NCBI RefSeq assembly: GCF_900232105.1
Contig: NZ_LT934425.1
Span: forward strand, 3,540,001-3,572,000
DNA: 32,000 nt
Source: Candidatus Kuenenia stuttgartensis
Lineage (GTDB): Bacteria; Planctomycetota; Brocadiia; Brocadiales; Brocadiaceae
Direction of reading: 5' to 3'
Positions within the stretch are counted from its first letter, which is position 1. Every line of letters begins with the position of its first letter. The translations under genes and the position numbers were made by a program. Positions 1-7,816 of this stretch are shown here, one piece after another. The notes beneath the pieces were generated by a model that was given only the letters and a program-made list of their open reading frames with translations, did no database searches and was not told where the DNA came from.

Positions 1-632
1 ATGCATTCATATCACGATTCGACAGCTCACTTTCGGTAAGCGGGGAAGTAACTACGGGCGAGGCGTCATATATAACCGTTGAATCGGCTACATTGCACGG
101 GACAATTAATGCCGCCGGACTGTCAACGATAGCATGGTTTGAGTATGGAACGGTGAGCGGTTCTTATGATAATACAACAGAAGAACTAACGGTTGGCGGA
201 TATGAGGATGTTTCTATAAATAGTAGTGTCAGTAGCCTGAGTTTCAGTACAACGTATTATTACCGGCTGGTAGCAAAAAACAGCGTTGGGACGTTATACG
301 GAAGTGAAATGTCATTCAAAACATCAGCGCAGTGTAAGAGAGAGACTGTATCTGCGGATCAGCAGATTATGGAAATTGCCCGCACTTCTTCCGCACCGGT
401 TACGATAACAGTTGCATGTAATGGTGGCGACCCTCGCTATGGTGTGCTGCTAATCTGGGAAATCATAAAGGGTGGAAACAATATTTCCATATCTCCCGAA
501 AATGCAATCACAGATGATAATGGACAGGCTGTGTTTACGATTGAGGGCGTAAAGAGAGGAAATGCAACGGCAAGGTTTGTGTCAAGCGACTCAAATAGTA
601 AGGCAAAAGTTAAAGTAAGAGTAACTCGATAG
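1..632 (+). CDS. 3' end of a larger secreted/surface protein (beta-sandwich FN3-like repeat followed by a bacterial Ig-like Big domain); the 5' end lies upstream of the window
   Basis: Frame 3 is open from base 3 (AFISRFDSSLSVSGEVTTGEASYITVESATLHGT...), so the TTG at 93 in the ORF track is unlikely to be the true start. The SATLHGTINAAGLSTIAWFEYGT...YYYRLVAKNSVG pattern is the repeated module typical of giant surface proteins. The C-terminal ITDDNGQAVFTIEGVKRGNATARF is Big_1/Big_2-like. Stop TAG at 630-632. Confidence 0.6.
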   Translation, partial: AFISRFDSSLSVSGEVTTGEASYITVESATLHGTINAAGLSTIAWFEYGTVSGSYDNTTEELTVGGYEDVSINSSVSSLSFSTTYYYRLVAKNSVGTLYGSEMSFKTSAQCKRETVSADQQIMEIARTSSAPVTITVACNGGDPRYGVLLIWEIIKGGNNISISPENAITDDNGQAVFTIEGVKRGNATARFVSSDSNSKAKVKVRVTR

Positions 633-635
633 TGT

Positions 636-670
636 AAGGTCAGAGGTCAGAAGTCAGAAGTCAGAGATCC
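636..670. repeat. Tandem heptamer array (5 units)
   Basis: AAGGTCA GAGGTCA GAAGTCA GAAGTCA GAGATCC read directly, between the convergent stops at 632 and 715. Confidence 0.9.
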
Positions 671-714
671 ATGTTTTTCGCGGACCTCCAACCTCCGGAT
701 GAAAGCGTAATTTT

Positions 715-1626
715 CTATTTTATCCCCAGTTTAAACTTCAAAGACCTGAGGGTATTTCTCATAAGCATTGTAATGGTCATAGGGCCTACTCCTCCGGGAA
801 CAGGGGTAATAAATCCTGCAATTTCACTCGCCGCTTCAAAATCAACATCTCCTTTTAAAAGAGCAACCATCTTGTTTGGGTCGTTCTTGCTGGGTTTTTC
901 GCCTACCCTGTTCACCCCCACATCAATTACACACGCGCCAGGTTTAATCCATTCAGGTTTTACCAGTCCGGGAACTCCTGCGGCAACAATAAGGACGTCT
1001 GCGCGTTTGCAGTGTTCCGCCATATTTCTTGTTTGTGTATGGACTATTGTTACCGTAGCGTCCGCCCCTTTCCCTTTCTGAAGCATCATATTCGCGATTG
1101 GTTTTCCCACAATGTTAGAACGCCCAACCACAACCACCTCAGCGCCGCGGGTTTCAACGCCAGACCGTACAATCAATTCCTGAATGCCGGCGGGGGTGCA
1201 GGGCGGGAATTTTACCTCATTGCCTCCGATCATAAGACGTCCGACATTTACAGGATGAAACCCATCAACATCCTTGTCCGGATCAATGGCATTAAGCACC
1301 TTCTTTTCATCAATATGTTTCGGGAGTGGAAGCTGTACAAGGATGCCGTGAATTGAATCGTCGTGGTTGTACTTTTCAATAAGGGCGAGAAGGTCCTTTT
1401 CTGAAATATCCGCCGGTTGTGAATCCTGCACCTCTTTAAAACCAACCCGGTGAGCGGTTTTGATTTTTAAGGTTACATACGACATGGATGCCGGGTTTTC
1501 TCCGACAAGGATTGTTACCAGGCCTGGAACAACGCCGTGTTTCTTCTTTATTTCCGCTACTTCACCGGTAATTTCCTCTAATATTTGTTCACCAATCTCT
1601 GTACCTTTAATTAATTTTGCGGACAT
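715..1626 (-). CDS. folD: Bifunctional 5,10-methylenetetrahydrofolate dehydrogenase / methenyl-THF cyclohydrolase
   Basis: 303 aa. Motifs: PGLVTILVGENPAS, GILVQLPLPKHI, DVDGFHPVNVG, VVVGRSNIVGKP, PVPGGVGPMT. AAAGGAGAG Shine-Dalgarno upstream on the minus strand (1633-1641). Confidence 0.95.
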   Translation of the reverse strand: MSAKLIKGTEIGEQILEEITGEVAEIKKKHGVVPGLVTILVGENPASMSYVTLKIKTAHRVGFKEVQDSQPADISEKDLLALIEKYNHDDSIHGILVQLPLPKHIDEKKVLNAIDPDKDVDGFHPVNVGRLMIGGNEVKFPPCTPAGIQELIVRSGVETRGAEVVVVGRSNIVGKPIANMMLQKGKGADATVTIVHTQTRNMAEHCKRADVLIVAAGVPGLVKPEWIKPGACVIDVGVNRVGEKPSKNDPNKMVALLKGDVDFEAASEIAGFITPVPGGVGPMTITMLMRNTLRSLKFKLGIK

Positions 1627-1676
1627 GACAATACACTCTCCTTTCAGCTATATACAATAAAAAACAAGTTTTAACT

Positions 1677-1697
1677 TTTAAAAAACTAAAGCGTTAC
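1677..1697. repeat. Solo copy of the family-A element terminal sequence
   Basis: The reverse complement reads GTAACGCTTTAGTTTTTTAAAA, matching the consensus GTAACAnTTTAGTTTTTTGAAAAAT found at nine other ends in the window. No partner end nearby. Confidence 0.5.
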
Positions 1698-1982
1698 AAA
1701 TACTGTGAATCCTGAACCCGCCTTGAATATCTCATTGATTTTACAGTGGTTATAATGCGTTTGCACTGCAAAATGACACAACAGGTTCTTTTTTGAGGAG
1801 TTAGAATGATAGTAAAACACACAGGGAAATACAACTTTTTTTCGCCATTTTTCTGTGATTTACAACGTCAGATATTCAATGTATGGAAAAACACGTGTTT
1901 CAGCAAAGCCGGTGAGGGAATCAATCTGCCGTAAGGTGGGTGAGACGAATAAAGTGGATTATTTTAAGCTGCGGTTCGATTC

Positions 1983-2011
1983 TTGACAAGGGGGTATCTT
2001 AAATGTACAGT
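1983..2011 (+). promoter_or_regulatory. Candidate sigma70-type promoter for the DUF336 gene
   Basis: TTGACA (1983-1988), 17-nt spacer, TACAGT (2006-2011), about 190 nt upstream of the ATG at 2202. Confidence 0.35.
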
Positions 2012-2062
2012 AGGTCGCATTTGTTCCATAATAAACGTATAGGAATTTCAATATTTTTCCTC

Positions 2063-2118
2063 CCGTTACAAAGCTCCAGCTTGGGAACGGGATTTGTCGA
2101 GAAGCTTCGTCTTAGACG
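2063..2118. repeat. Diverged copy of the CGTTCCCA...TGGGAACG / CGAGAA...hairpin cassette
   Basis: CCGTTACAAAGCTCCAGCTTGGGAACGGGATTTGTCGAGAAGCTTCG aligns with 18011-18064 (CGTTCCCAAACCCCAGTTTGGGAACGCATTTGTTCGAGAAACTCCGG) inside the family-B element. Confidence 0.5.
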
Positions 2119-2201
2119 TAGTTATGCCTGAGAAAAATGGCAAAGAAGTATATGAAATCATGTGTGGTTCAATTATTAAAAATTTATTATTGGGAGGTAG
2201 T

Positions 2202-2966
2202 ATGATGAGCATTCGTAAGATACTTTTTTATGCCTTTTTTGTTACCGTGTCTTTTCATGGTATGAATTCTTCTTTGTATGCTGCCGGTGGTTTGCCTTCC
2301 CATTCGGCATTAAAAGATGCGTTATCGGCGGTGGTAAAAGAAGACAACGGCGGCTTTGGTTTCAATATGTGGGCAACCGTTGTAGATCGGGACGGCTTTG
2401 TGAGAGTGGTGGTCTTCTCCGGAAATGAGAGAGGCGATCAGTGGCCCGGAAGCAGGGTTATTTCAGCACAAAAGGCAAACACTGCAAATGCGTTCAGTTT
2501 GCCCGGATTTGCATTATCGACTGCGAATCTTTTTTCTGCAGTTCAGCCTGGCGGCAGTTTGTTCGGGCTGCAGTTGAGTAATCCGGTTGATACAGAAACC
2601 GCCTACAGCGGGGCGCCGCAGAAATATGGAAAGGAAAACGACCCTATGGCTGGCAGGAGGATTGGCGGTATAAATGTGTTTGGAGGCGGACTGGCGCTTT
2701 ACAATAGTGAAGGTGTGCTGATTGGTGCATTGGGAGTGAGCGGAGATAGTTCCTGTGCTGACCATATTATTGCATGGAAAGTACGGCATGTCCTTATGCT
2801 GGACTATGTCCCCAAAGGTGTCAGCCCTTCCGGCGACGATAATATCATACATGACATAATTGCCGGGACAAGCCAAAGTGGCTGGGGGCATCCGGAATGT
2901 TCTCCGGAGGCAATGAAGATTGCGGAAAAATTGCCTAAAACACATCCTGTTCGTACAAAAAAATGA
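2202..2966 (+). CDS. Secreted GlcG/HbpS-like (DUF336) putative haem-binding protein
   Basis: ATG at 2202 is preceded by GGGAGG (2192-2197). N-terminal signal-peptide-like MMSIRKILFYAFFVTVSFHGMNSSLYAAG. DUF336 hallmarks: GGFGFNMWATVVDRDG, ISAQKANTANAF, GGGLALYN..G.LIGALGVSGDSSCADH. The track start at 2094 would translate the repeat cassette. Confidence 0.75.
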   Translation: MMSIRKILFYAFFVTVSFHGMNSSLYAAGGLPSHSALKDALSAVVKEDNGGFGFNMWATVVDRDGFVRVVVFSGNERGDQWPGSRVISAQKANTANAFSLPGFALSTANLFSAVQPGGSLFGLQLSNPVDTETAYSGAPQKYGKENDPMAGRRIGGINVFGGGLALYNSEGVLIGALGVSGDSSCADHIIAWKVRHVLMLDYVPKGVSPSGDDNIIHDIIAGTSQSGWGHPECSPEAMKIAEKLPKTHPVRTKK

Positions 2967-2972
2967 AATAGA

Positions 2973-3217
2973 GTAACAATTTAGTTTCTCGAAAAATGTA
3001 TTATCTATAAGCTCCATAGGAGCGAACTGTTTGTAGCAAGATAAGGATGAAGAGGTACTAGCTCCGTCAGGAGCGGCCTGTTTATCTATGAATCATACAC
3101 AGGCCGCTCCTGTGGAGCTATTTACTCTATTGAATTTTATTGAGCTACAAACAGACCACCCCTAACGGGGTTATATTGTTTTTTATATAGTGGCTTTTCA
3201 AAAAGCTAAATTGTTAC
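2973..3217. mobile_element. MITE-like palindromic element, family A (245 bp)
   Basis: Terminal inverted repeats GTAACAATTTAGTTTCTCGAAAAA (2973-) and TTTTCAAAAAGCTAAATTGTTAC (-3217). The core is built from AGCTCC-N3-GGAGCGGCCTGTTTGTAGC hairpin units in both orientations. It is the same core as 24196-24470 in the opposite orientation. Confidence 0.6.
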
Positions 3218-3271
3218 AAAATAAATAATTTTTCAATGCAAAAATATCTCTTGAACTGCTTTTAAAGAAAG

Positions 3272-4798
3272 GTGTTATTTGTGATTATCAATGCGAAAAC
3301 AGGACATGCGGCAGATGAAACGGCGGAAATGTTAGTTTTTTATATGTACGAAGATAGCAAAAAGATACACGAGACATTAGAACCCTTCGATGTTTCATTC
3401 AACCATGCCATCTCTGAATTATTAAAAAATAAGGAATTTACCGTAAAGCTTAACAATCTCCGTGCCTTGCCTACCTATGGCAAATTTCCCTCCCAGTATG
3501 TCCTGCTTGTTGGTTTAGGGAAAAAAGAAGATATTACCTTTGACAAAATCAGACAGGCGTCCGGTACTTCCGTTAAAACCGCGCGTGATATGGGTATTAA
3601 GAAGGTGACAAGCGTAATGGATTCACTGGAAATCCTTGCAGAAAGGCTGGAAGAATGGTGCCAGTCCTTTACCGAAGGCGCTGTATTAGGGCTGTATCAA
3701 TTTAAAAAGTATAAACAAACAAAGCCGGAAGAAGAAAAGGAAGTCAGGGCGCTTACCCTTTTGGTATCTGATAAGAAAATCCTGACTCCGGTGAAGGAAG
3801 GCATAAAACGCGGACAGGTTATCGCAAATGCAGTTTCATTCGCCAGAGACCTGGTGAACACTCCCTCACAGGATAAAAATCCTACTATACTGTCGAATAT
3901 TGCAAAAAATATTGCAAAAGAGCAAGGCGTCTCATGCAAGATATTATCAACACCTGACCTTAAAAAACTCAGGATGGGAGGCATATTGGGTGTTGCCCAG
4001 GGCAGCACACAGCCCCCGAAATTCATCATACTGGAGTATAATCCGCAAAGCAAAAATCAGGACACTATTGTAATTGTCGGGAAAGGCATCACCTTTGATT
4101 CCGGGGGGATATGTCTGAAACCGGCAAAAAACATGGACCAGATGAAAAGCGATATGTCGGGAGGGGCAGCCGTACTGGGTGTTTTCAGCGCCCTTGCCAA
4201 ACTTAAGGTCACCCAGCGTATTGTAGGGCTTATTCCCTGTACGGAAAACATGCCGGGCGGCTCTGCAATTAAACCGGGTGATATTGTCACATTTCATTCC
4301 GGCAAAACTGCTGAGGTGGCAAATACCGACGCCGAAGGACGTCTGATCCTTGCCGATGCGCTTGCTTATGCTGAGAAATTTCATCCCGGTGCAGTAGTAG
4401 ATTTCGCAACGCTTACCGGAGCATGCGTAGTCGCTTTGGGCGGCATTGCAACAGGAATGCTGGGGAATAATGAAGAACTGAAAAACAGGATAAAAACCGC
4501 CGGAGAAAAATCATGGGAAAGGGTATGGGAACTCCCTCTCTGGGAAGAATACCAGGAATTCATTAAAAGCGATATTGCAGATATTAAAAATACGGGAGGC
4601 AGCGGCGCCGGCACGATAACTGCTGCCTGTTTTTTAAGTAAGTTTACGGAGAAATATCCCTGGGTACACCTTGATATCGCAGGAACCTCCTGGGCGGAGA
4701 AAAATAACGCCTACATGCAAAAAGGGGCAACGGGAGTAGGTGTTATGCTGATGCTTGAGTTATTGAAGGACTGGAAGAAGTTTACGAAAGAAAAATGA
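3272..4798 (+). CDS. pepA: Leucyl aminopeptidase (M17 family)
   Basis: 508 aa. Motifs: VGKGITFDSGG, NTDAEGRLILADAL, typical M17 C-terminal catalytic domain. GTG start at 3272. GTG at 3281, with AAAGGTG 6 nt upstream, is an equally good alternative. Confidence 0.93.
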   Translation: MLFVIINAKTGHAADETAEMLVFYMYEDSKKIHETLEPFDVSFNHAISELLKNKEFTVKLNNLRALPTYGKFPSQYVLLVGLGKKEDITFDKIRQASGTSVKTARDMGIKKVTSVMDSLEILAERLEEWCQSFTEGAVLGLYQFKKYKQTKPEEEKEVRALTLLVSDKKILTPVKEGIKRGQVIANAVSFARDLVNTPSQDKNPTILSNIAKNIAKEQGVSCKILSTPDLKKLRMGGILGVAQGSTQPPKFIILEYNPQSKNQDTIVIVGKGITFDSGGICLKPAKNMDQMKSDMSGGAAVLGVFSALAKLKVTQRIVGLIPCTENMPGGSAIKPGDIVTFHSGKTAEVANTDAEGRLILADALAYAEKFHPGAVVDFATLTGACVVALGGIATGMLGNNEELKNRIKTAGEKSWERVWELPLWEEYQEFIKSDIADIKNTGGSGAGTITAACFLSKFTEKYPWVHLDIAGTSWAEKNNAYMQKGATGVGVMLMLELLKDWKKFTKEK

Positions 4799-7620
4799 CC
4801 ACAAAAGAAAACGGCAACTCCATTATCATCCGGGGGGCAAGAGAACATAACCTTAAAGGTATAAATGTGGACATACCGCGGGATCACATTACCGTTATTA
4901 CCGGCATAAGCGGTTCCGGAAAGTCATCCCTTGCCTTTGACACGATTTACGCGGAAGGGCAGCGGCGCTACATCGAGAGTCTTTCCTCGTATGCCCGTCA
5001 ATTTCTTGACCAGATTCAAAAACCCGACGTCGAACTTATTGAAGGGTTGCCGCCAACGATTGCCATTGAACAGCGCACCTGTCCCTCAAGCCCGCGTTCA
5101 ACCGTGGCGACAATAACGGAAATCTACGATTATATGCGCCTGCTCTACGCAAAAACAGGCACCCCTTATTGCTGTCTCTGCAACTGCGTAATCGCCCGCC
5201 AAAGTATTGAACAAATACAGCAGAAAATCATGGAAATCCCCCAGAAATCAAGGATTATGCTCCTTGCGCCGCTTGTGATAGGGAAAAAAGGTGAACATCG
5301 GGAAATATTTCAATCGCTCTTACAAAAGGGGTTCGTAAGCGCACGGGTTGACGGCTCGGTCACTGACCTTGACGTCATCCCGAAACTGGCACGTTATAAA
5401 GCCCATGATATTTACGCAATTGTGGATAAACTCATTATAAAAGAAGGCGTCCAGTCACGGCTTCACCATTCCATTGAAACATGCCTCACTCTTGGCAATG
5501 GAGTGATGGTTGTAAGCGAAGAAAAGAAGAAACGTTGGAAAGACACGATCTTCAGCGAACGGTACGCCTGTCCCAATTGCGGCAAGGGATATGAAGAACC
5601 GGCCCCGCGCCTGTTTTCATTTAATAGTCCCTATGGCGCATGCCAGGGATGTGACGGACTCGGAAGTACCCTTGATTTTGATCCGGAATTAATTATTAAA
5701 GATAAGCATCTGAGCATTAAAGAGGGGGCAATTGACGCCTGGAACAATTGGGGTTCTCTTACACAGACAATTTATGATGATCACATCAAAACATTTACAG
5801 AAATGTATTCCATTTCACCTGCTACATCTTTCGCCAATCTGCCGGAAAAGGTTTCTCACGCATTGCTTTACGGGTCTGCGGATTTCGAGGGGGTTATTCC
5901 TGATCTGCACCGGATCTACAAAAAAACCACCTCTGAACGTGTTTTGAAGCGTCTCTCCGGTTACATGAGCTACAGAACGTGCTCACTGTGCAATGGCGCA
6001 CGATTAAGGCCGGAGGCGCTTGCAGTAAAAATCAGTAACACCTCTATCCATGAAATCATGACATTCACTGTAGAGGAGGCGCTTGCATTTTTCAAAACGC
6101 TGACGTTCTCAGGACGACAGGCCGTTATTTCCAAACAACTGCTGAAAGAAATTCAAAGCAGGCTTCAGTTCATGATGGAGGTTGGGCTGCACTATCTTGC
6201 CCTTGGACGCAGCAGCGATACCCTTTCCGGGGGAGAAGCGCAAAGAACCCAACTGGCAAAACAGGTAGGAACGGGGCTTGTTGGTGTGTGCTACGTGCTG
6301 GATGAACCCACAATAGGCCTTCATCCGAGGGATAACGAACGACTCCAGAAAACCCTGTACGCCCTGAAAGAAAACGGAAACACGGTAATTCTTGTCGAGC
6401 ATGACGAATACACAATTCGTCATGCTGATTACATCATCGACCTTGGGCCAAAAGCGGGAGAGCAGGGGGGGCGTATCGTAGCGCAAGGGACATTGAAGGA
6501 AATTCTCAGCAATCCTGACTCCATAACCGGCCGTTATCTGTGCCATTCACCGGAAACAATCACTACGCATAAAAGAAAAAAATACAATCTGAAACACGCC
6601 CTGGAAATTAAAGGTGCATGTGCCAATAACCTGAAGACAATCTCGGTAAAAATCCCTTTAAAGGTTTTCTGTTGCATCACCGGCGTATCAGGTTCAGGCA
6701 AGAGCACACTTGTTCACGACGTCCTGTACCGCGCCCTTACAAAAGCCCTGCACGGCGGCCATACCCTCCCCGGGAAACACGAAAAAATTACCGGCATCAG
6801 GCATATTGACAAGGTTATTGAAATTGACCAGTCTCCCATAGGGCGCACGCCACGTTCAAATCCGGCGACGTATACAAAGGTGTTTGACCCAATTCGCGCC
6901 CTCTTTGCGCAAACACAGTCGGCAAAGATACGCGGTTATACCGCGGCAAGATACAGCTTCAACATCAGCGGTGGGCGCTGTGAGGCATGCAAGGGACAGG
7001 GCACAAAAAAAATGGAAATGCATTTTCTGCCCGATACCTATGTTATTTGTGATGAATGCAATGGAAAGCGGTACACCACTGCAACGTTGGAAACCATGTA
7101 TAAAGGGAAAAATATATCCGAGGTGCTTGAAATGAGAATAGAAGATGCGCATTTTTTTTTTGCCGCTGTTCCCAGGATAGAAAGGGTTTTACGCACACTC
7201 AAGGACGTCGGGCTGGGATATATAAAACTGGGGCAGTCAAGCACGTCCCTTTCCGGAGGGGAAGCTCAAAGAATCAAGCTTGCCACGGAGCTTTCCAGGA
7301 GAGAAACAGGAAAGACCCTTTATATCCTTGATGAACCGACAACCGGTTTGCATATGGCAGACATACAACAATTACTGAAAATATTGCATCAGCTTGTTGA
7401 TTTGGGGAATTCCGTGCTTGTCATAGAACATAATCATGAGGTTATTAAAGCGGCGGACTACATTATCGATCTGGGGCCTGAAGGGGGTGCAAAAGGAGGT
7501 GAAATTGTCGCGGCAGGAACGCCGGAGGAAATAGCAGAAACAAAAGAATCCTATACCGGAAGATATTTAAAAGAATTTATGACAAAGCAAGTTCTCAATG
7601 TAGGAAATTTAGAATGCTAA
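4795..7620 (+). CDS. uvrA: Excinuclease ABC subunit A
   Basis: 941 aa. Two Walker A motifs (GISGSGKSSLAFDT, GVSGSGKSTLV), two ABC signatures (LSGGEAQR), and zinc modules (CPNCG...CQGCDGLG, CEACKGQG...CDECNGKRY). ATGA overlap with the pepA stop. Confidence 0.97.
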   Translation: MTTKENGNSIIIRGAREHNLKGINVDIPRDHITVITGISGSGKSSLAFDTIYAEGQRRYIESLSSYARQFLDQIQKPDVELIEGLPPTIAIEQRTCPSSPRSTVATITEIYDYMRLLYAKTGTPYCCLCNCVIARQSIEQIQQKIMEIPQKSRIMLLAPLVIGKKGEHREIFQSLLQKGFVSARVDGSVTDLDVIPKLARYKAHDIYAIVDKLIIKEGVQSRLHHSIETCLTLGNGVMVVSEEKKKRWKDTIFSERYACPNCGKGYEEPAPRLFSFNSPYGACQGCDGLGSTLDFDPELIIKDKHLSIKEGAIDAWNNWGSLTQTIYDDHIKTFTEMYSISPATSFANLPEKVSHALLYGSADFEGVIPDLHRIYKKTTSERVLKRLSGYMSYRTCSLCNGARLRPEALAVKISNTSIHEIMTFTVEEALAFFKTLTFSGRQAVISKQLLKEIQSRLQFMMEVGLHYLALGRSSDTLSGGEAQRTQLAKQVGTGLVGVCYVLDEPTIGLHPRDNERLQKTLYALKENGNTVILVEHDEYTIRHADYIIDLGPKAGEQGGRIVAQGTLKEILSNPDSITGRYLCHSPETITTHKRKKYNLKHALEIKGACANNLKTISVKIPLKVFCCITGVSGSGKSTLVHDVLYRALTKALHGGHTLPGKHEKITGIRHIDKVIEIDQSPIGRTPRSNPATYTKVFDPIRALFAQTQSAKIRGYTAARYSFNISGGRCEACKGQGTKKMEMHFLPDTYVICDECNGKRYTTATLETMYKGKNISEVLEMRIEDAHFFFAAVPRIERVLRTLKDVGLGYIKLGQSSTSLSGGEAQRIKLATELSRRETGKTLYILDEPTTGLHMADIQQLLKILHQLVDLGNSVLVIEHNHEVIKAADYIIDLGPEGGAKGGEIVAAGTPEEIAETKESYTGRYLKEFMTKQVLNVGNLEC

Positions 7621-7643
7621 TTAACCACAAATGAAACACATTC

Positions 7644-7704
7644 GCGGGTTCACTCATTAGAAGGCTTTTGTCAAGGACAAAAGCCTTCTAATGAGTGAAC
7701 CCGC
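7644..7704. repeat. Perfect 29-bp-stem hairpin (possible bidirectional terminator or REP-like element)
   Basis: GCGGGTTCACTCATTAGAAGGCTTTTGTC-AAG-GACAAAAGCCTTCTAATGAGTGAACCCGC, between the convergent uvrA and gspE. Confidence 0.6.
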
Positions 7705-7710
7705 TGGGAA

Positions 7711-7787
7711 TTAACTGCTAATGGACGCAAATAAACGCTAATATGAGTTTTTTTTATTCGCGTCTATTTGCGTCCATTAGCAGTTAA
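7711..7787. repeat. Second long hairpin (28-bp stem, 1 mismatch, 21-nt T-rich loop)
   Basis: TTAACTGCTAATGGACGCAAATAAACGC (7711-7738) pairs with GCGTCTATTTGCGTCCATTAGCAGTTAA (7760-7787). Confidence 0.6.
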
Positions 7788-7816
7788 TTATTCGATATTC
7801 GACTACCAATTGCCGA

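Noticed and set aside
671-1081. 136-aa + strand ORF, and the other + strand ORFs at 1012-1356 and 1460-1660
   Set aside because: They lie entirely antisense to the well-supported folD gene. Their composition is low-complexity and Pro/Ser/Thr-rich, typical of shadow frames, and they have no ribosome-binding site.
1905-1985. Possible cobalamin riboswitch (GGTGAGGGAATC...) or tRNA-like T-arm (GGTTCGATTC) upstream of the DUF336 gene
   Set aside because: AGGGAA alone is not diagnostic, and no B12 box (GCCACTG) or matching helices are found. The GGTTCGATTC segment has no complementary T-stem or acceptor stem. The best promoter candidate (1983-2011) also lies downstream of the segment.
2094-2201. 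N-terminal extension of the DUF336 ORF from the TTG at 2094
   Set aside because: The extension translates a repeat hairpin cassette (2063-2118). ATG 2202 has a GGGAGG Shine-Dalgarno and starts directly with a signal peptide.
2985-3170. CRISPR-like appearance of repeated ~28-nt units (AGCTCC-N3-GGAGCGGCCTGTTTGTAGC), also at 24240-24440
   Set aside because: The units occur in both orientations, with irregular short spacing and a mirror-symmetric layout. They are enclosed by terminal inverted repeats and there are no cas genes. This is a palindromic MITE core, not a CRISPR array.
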